61,494 nt of DNA from Candidatus Omnitrophota bacterium. Its GTDB lineage: Bacteria > Omnitrophota > Gorgyraeia > Pluralincolimonadales > Pluralincolimonadaceae. The translations under genes were made by a program, and so were the position numbers. Below the pieces are notes generated by a model. That model saw only the letters and a program-made list of their open reading frames with translations, did not search any database and had not been told where the DNA came from. Below, one piece after another: positions 54,321 to 61,494 of this stretch. The number at the start of each line of letters is the position of its first letter. Position 1 is the stretch's first letter. The stretch lies in contig JBAZJG010000010.1 in the NCBI GenBank assembly GCA_041651455.1, positions 1 to 61,494 of the forward strand, written 5' to 3'.

Positions 54321-55045
54321 CCTTCCATCTCCTTTATTATGTTCTTCGCGGCATATACCGGGTCTTTCGCCTCGATCACCGGCCTGCCCACCACTATATA
54401 ATTTGCCCCGGCCCTGATGGCGTCCGACGGCGCCATCGTCCTCTTCTGGTCGCCTTTTTCCGCGCCCGCAGGCCGTATCCCGGGCGTGACTATGATGAAA
54501 TCCTTCCCGAGGTTCTGCCTGATGAGCGAAGTTTCGTTCGGCGAGGCGACCACTCCGTCGAGCCCGGCGTCTTTAGCGAGCCTGGCAAGGGTTATGACCT
54601 CTTCGCCAATCTTCCTGTCCACTCCTATCTCGCCTATAGATGCCTGTTCCATGCTGGTCAGGACGGTCACGCCAAGCAATATCGGCTTGTTATCGGAACT
54701 TGCGGCGGCAACGGCCTCGGCTGCCGCAGAAGATGCGGCGGACATCATTTCGGAACCGCCCATAGCGTGGATATTCATCATGAACACGCCTAATTTTGCC
54801 GCCGACCTGACGGCATGCGCGACGGTATTCGGTATATCGTGGAATTTAAGGTCTAAGAAGACCTTCGCGCCCTTATCGTGGACCATTTTAACGGCGTCCG
54901 GCCCGTAAGACGTGAACAGCCCCATACCTACTTTGAAGACGCGCACGGCAGTCCCGAGCTTCTTGACCATCAAGGCGGCTTCATCGAGCGTTTTCACGTC
55001 GAGGGCTACTATAAGCTTGTCTCCGGCCGCTACGTTTTCAGGCAT
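54317..55045 (-). CDS. pyrF: Orotidine 5'-phosphate decarboxylase
   Basis: Motifs LIVALDV, FKVGMGLF, FLDLKFHDIPNTV and YIVVGRPV. Confidence 0.92.
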   Translation of the reverse strand: MPENVAAGDKLIVALDVKTLDEAALMVKKLGTAVRVFKVGMGLFTSYGPDAVKMVHDKGAKVFLDLKFHDIPNTVAHAVRSAAKLGVFMMNIHAMGGSEMMSAASSAAAEAVAAASSDNKPILLGVTVLTSMEQASIGEIGVDRKIGEEVITLARLAKDAGLDGVVASPNETSLIRQNLGKDFIIVTPGIRPAGAEKGDQKRTMAPSDAIRAGANYIVVGRPVIEAKDPVYAAKNIIKEMEG

Positions 55046-55944
55046 CCGGTCAACTCCTTTATGTCATTTATCTTCCTGCCGCGCATGTATTTTTCCATGC
55101 CGCCGATTATCCCTGCCGCTGTCGACGGGTCCACGAAGTTCGCGGTGCCTATCTGCACGGCGGCGGCTCCCGCTATTATGAACTCGAGCGCGTCGCTGCA
55201 ATCCATTATCCCGCCCATGCCTATTACCGGGACCTTGACCCTGCGGGCCGTCTCCCACACCATCCGGAGCGCTATCGGCTTTATCGCGGGCCCGCTGAGC
55301 CCTCCGACGATATTACCGAGTACAGGCGTCCGTGAATCGATATCTATCGCCATCCCGGTGAACGTATTGACGAGCGACACGGCATCCGTTCCTGCCTCCT
55401 GCGCCGCGAGCGCTATCTCGCTTATATCCTTCACGTTCGGAGAAAGTTTGGTAATCACCGGCTTGCGGGTGGCTTTCCTTACCGCCCTTACGACATCCGC
55501 CGCCGAACCGGGCTCCCTCGAGAATTCAAGGCCGCCCTTCACGTTCGGGCAGGAGATGTTTATCTCTATGGCGTCCGCCCTTTTTACTTTATCGAGCTTG
55601 GCGGCGAGCCGCGCATAATCCTCTATGCAATGCCCCGCTATCGACACGACCACGGCGGTCCTCAGCTTGCTCAGGAACGGCATCTTGTCTTTTATGAAAG
55701 CGTCGACGCCGTCATTCTGTATGCCTATCGAATTCAACATGCCCGAAGGCGTCTCGACCATGCGCGGGGGCGGGTTGCCCTCCCTCGCCTTAAGCGTTAC
55801 CGATTTGGTGACTATCGCGCCTAACTTATCGAGGTCCACGAGGCCTTTATATTCCTCGCCTGAGCCGAAAGTGCCGGAGGCGACCATGACCGGGTTCTTC
55901 AGTTCCAGCCCGCCTATCATGACTTTTAGCGATGGTTTTACCAT
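55030..55944 (-). CDS. pyrD: Dihydroorotate dehydrogenase, catalytic subunit (class 1B)
   Basis: Motifs GLELKNPVMVASGTFG, NISCPNVK and GGLSGPAIKPIALR. The start ATG 55944 overlaps the pyrK stop. Confidence 0.92.
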   Translation of the reverse strand: MVKPSLKVMIGGLELKNPVMVASGTFGSGEEYKGLVDLDKLGAIVTKSVTLKAREGNPPPRMVETPSGMLNSIGIQNDGVDAFIKDKMPFLSKLRTAVVVSIAGHCIEDYARLAAKLDKVKRADAIEINISCPNVKGGLEFSREPGSAADVVRAVRKATRKPVITKLSPNVKDISEIALAAQEAGTDAVSLVNTFTGMAIDIDSRTPVLGNIVGGLSGPAIKPIALRMVWETARRVKVPVIGMGGIMDCSDALEFIIAGAAAVQIGTANFVDPSTAAGIIGGMEKYMRGRKINDIKELTGCLKT

Positions 55945-56711
55945 ATCATCTCTTCCAGTTTGAATACCGGCCCGTCCTTGCAGATGAGCTTGTATCCGGA
56001 CTTCGTCTTTATCGCGCACCCGAGGCACGCGCCCACTCCGCAAGCTATATATTCCTCGAAAGACCCGTATGCCTCTACCTTGAGTTTTTTCGCGGCGTTC
56101 GCGGCGGCTTTAAGCATCGGTGACGGGCCGCAGGCATACACGACCGTCCCGGAGGGCTTTTTCCCGGCGATCGACCTGCCAAGCAGGTCAGTTGCAAAGC
56201 ATTTCTTTCCGCAGCTGCCGTCATCGGTCGCCACGAGCGTTTTTATGCCGAGGCCTTCAAAATGTTCCCTGCAAAGGAGCGACTTCCCGTCCTTTGCCCC
56301 TATTATAACCGAAACGTCCTTCTTTTTATCCTTTAAAAGCTCCTCCGCGAGGAAAGCGAGCGGCGCTACGCCTATACCGCCGGCGATTATCACTATGTCT
56401 TTCTTCCCTTCGGGGACGGTGAACCCTTTGCCCATGGGCCCCAGGATATCGAGGATCTCGCCGGCTTTAGCGGATGATAATTTTTTCGTGCCTTTCCCTA
56501 ACACCTCATAAAGTATACGGAACGAGCCGCCTTCCACCCTGTGGAAGCCGAACGGCCTCCTGAGGAGCGGTTCCGTGGAATTGCCGCACCTGATTGTCAT
56601 GAACTGCCCCGGTTTTGCGGCCTTCGCGATGGGCGGGCACTTTACGGACATGAGGAAATAGCCGGGCTTCACTTCCCTGTTGGATAAGACCTTTCCTTTT
56701 GCCTGCTTCAT
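55938..56711 (-). CDS. pyrK: Dihydroorotate dehydrogenase electron-transfer subunit
   Basis: FNR-like fold (RRPF, GGIGVAPL) with a C-terminal 2Fe-2S motif CGVGACLGC. Confidence 0.9.
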   Translation of the reverse strand: MKQAKGKVLSNREVKPGYFLMSVKCPPIAKAAKPGQFMTIRCGNSTEPLLRRPFGFHRVEGGSFRILYEVLGKGTKKLSSAKAGEILDILGPMGKGFTVPEGKKDIVIIAGGIGVAPLAFLAEELLKDKKKDVSVIIGAKDGKSLLCREHFEGLGIKTLVATDDGSCGKKCFATDLLGRSIAGKKPSGTVVYACGPSPMLKAAANAAKKLKVEAYGSFEEYIACGVGACLGCAIKTKSGYKLICKDGPVFKLEEMIW

Positions 56712-59949
<3,238 letters not shown>

Positions 59950-59957
<8 letters not shown>

Positions 59958-61047
59958 GTTTGTTTTCCCTCATCATTCCCGCAAATTTGTCGAAAAGATA
60001 TTCCGCGTCATGCGGCCCCGGGCAGGCCTCAGGGTGGTACTGGACGGAGAAGACCGGCAGTTCCCTGTGCCCCATCCCCTCTACGGTCTTGTCGTAAAGG
60101 TTTACGTGCGTCAGTTCCATCTGCTTATCCGGTATCGAATCTATGTCCACCGCGAACCCGTGGTTCTGCGACGTGATATCGACTTTCCTCGTCCGGAGGT
60201 CCATTACCGGATGGTTGCCGCCGTGGTGCCCGAATTTCAGTTTATATGTCTTACCGCCGAACGCGAGGCCGAGTATCTGGTGGCCGAGGCAAATGCCGAA
60301 TATCGGCAGCTTGTCCCTCAGTTCCCTGACCGCCTTTATGTGGTAAGGCACCGCCTCGGGGTCGCCGGGGCCGTTGGAAAGGAAGAGGCCGTCCGGTTTA
60401 ACGGCCATAATATCGCTTGCTGTCGCAGCGGCAGGGAAGACCCTTACCCTGCATCCGATCCTGTTCAGGTTCCTGAGGATGTTCAGTTTCATCCCGCAAT
60501 CGACGGCCGCTACGGTAAACTCGGGTTTCTGCCCCGGCTGCGACGGCCAGTCGAAAGGCCTCGCGCAGGCGACCTCTTTTACGAGGTCCCTTCCTATGAG
60601 GCCGGGAGATGCCTTCACTTTCTCAAGAAGCGCCTTTACGTCGGAGTCCCCGGAAGATATTACGCATTTCATCGCGCCCTTGGTCCGCAGGATCCTTGTG
60701 ACGGCCCTTGTATCGATCCCCTGTATCCCCACAATCCCGTATTTTTTCATATAGCCGTCGAGCGTACCTCTGCTGCGGTGGTTCGACGCGATACTGCTCA
60801 GCTCCTTCACGACAAAACCTTCCGCCCAAGGCTTCGACGATTCGACGTCCTCGTCATTTACCCCGTAGTTGCCTATAAGCGGATACGTCATGGTGACCAC
60901 CTGCCCTTTATACGAGGGGTCGGTAAGGATCTCCTGGTATCCGGTCATAGATGTATTGAAGACGAGCTCCCCGAACGCCTCCGCTTCGGCTCCGAACTGC
61001 TCGCCGGCAAAATGGGTCCCGTCTTCGAGAACTAGGTGTGCTTTCAT
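59950..61047 (-). CDS. carA: Carbamoyl-phosphate synthase small (glutaminase) subunit
   Basis: Motifs GICLGHQ (catalytic Cys) and SVQYHPE. Confidence 0.95.
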
Positions 61048-61066
61048 GCGTCTCCCGTTTTATCCC

Positions 61067-61381
61067 CTAGAATACAGGCGAAAGGGCATCCTTGCCGGCG
61101 TCAATCGCCTTTCCGGCAGGGCTCCTGTGGTAATCGACGTACTTAAGGTTTTCCTGGGCCTTCTTGCCGTAATATGAATCGGGGTATTTCTTGACCACGA
61201 GGTCATAAAAATACTGGGCATTGTCCCAATCCTTGTTATGAAAAGACAGGTCGCCGGCGGCGAGCCAATCCTTCGCCTCGAGCTTCTCCTTGCCCGACAG
61301 CATATTTGCGGGGGCGGCGCAGCCAATGGCGAGCGAAATAACCATAACGGACGCCAGAACCTTGATAATCCTGATACCCAT
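61067..61381 (-). CDS. Small TPR/BamD-like lipoprotein
   Basis: Lipobox LAIGC after a hydrophobic leader. A TPR-like helix pair is present (WDNAQYFYDLVVKKYPDSYYGKKAQ). AAAGGAGGAGG is the RBS. Confidence 0.55.
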   Translation of the reverse strand: MGIRIIKVLASVMVISLAIGCAAPANMLSGKEKLEAKDWLAAGDLSFHNKDWDNAQYFYDLVVKKYPDSYYGKKAQENLKYVDYHRSPAGKAIDAGKDALSPVF

Positions 61382-61399
61382 CGACCTCCTCCTTTTCGT

Positions 61400-61494
61400 T
61401 TAGGCGAATTTCCCGTTCTCGTATCTTATCTTTCCGCCGACTATCGTGATAACCGCCAAGCCGCTGAGCTTCTTTCCTATCAACGGCGTATTTT
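61400..61494 (-). CDS. pyrC: Dihydroorotase, 3' end only (5' part lies outside the window)
   Basis: My minus-strand translation NTPLIGKKLSGLAVITIVGGKIRYENGKFA* matches the usual dihydroorotase C-terminus. Operon context fits. Confidence 0.6.
   Translation of the reverse strand, partial: NTPLIGKKLSGLAVITIVGGKIRYENGKFA

Overview
This 61.5-kb window is a gene-dense chromosomal segment from a moderately GC-rich Gram-negative bacterium. I call about 60 CDS and 2 tRNAs, and find no rRNA, CRISPR array, transposase or integrase. Three markers weakly suggest a PVC-superphylum or Omnitrophota-like anaerobe (inference only): a PATR-repeat autotransporter, a PEP-CTERM protein and a Minf_1886-family protein.

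Layout:
- 1-35.5 kb is an almost uninterrupted minus-strand gene train; only mazG is on the plus strand. In order it holds a truncated autotransporter, tRNA-Asp and tRNA-Val, an M48 peptidase, a DUF4416 protein, a QueG-like protein, surE, a DUF362/ferredoxin protein, a YfcE-like phosphoesterase, pgeF, a hydrolase-Omp85 fusion, pcm, an M23 peptidase, a lysophospholipase-like hydrolase, fadD, fixC, a cNMP/patatin protein, era and a TPR/MA-peptidase. It continues with a MarR-headed membrane-lipid operon that ends in a 1428-aa BCR/HAD activase-type protein, then a PEP-CTERM trypsin-like protein, a NUDIX hydrolase and csp.
- 35.7-53.7 kb is on the plus strand: an 11-gene nuo operon (nuoABCDHIJKLMN, no nuoEFG), a retropepsin-like protease, a complete F1Fo atp operon, and a CPA2 antiporter coupled to atpC.
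- 53.7-61.5 kb is a minus-strand pyrimidine operon: pyrC (partial), a lipoprotein, carA, carB, pyrK, pyrD, pyrF and pyrE.

The supplied ORF track takes the longest ATG/GTG/TTG ORF. I therefore moved several starts to coupled ATGA/GTGA/TTGA junctions. The track also omits the edge-truncated autotransporter.

Most interesting items:
1. A GEMM-I (c-di-GMP-I)-like riboswitch sits in the only large non-coding gap, upstream of a three-module cNMP / pseudo-ParA / patatin phospholipase.
2. The MarR-controlled lipid operon contains an adenylase-carrier-acyltransferase fusion and a plasmalogen-synthase-like giant protein.
3. An alpha/beta-hydrolase is fused directly to an Omp85 barrel.

All family assignments rest on motif reading by eye. 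No database search was run.
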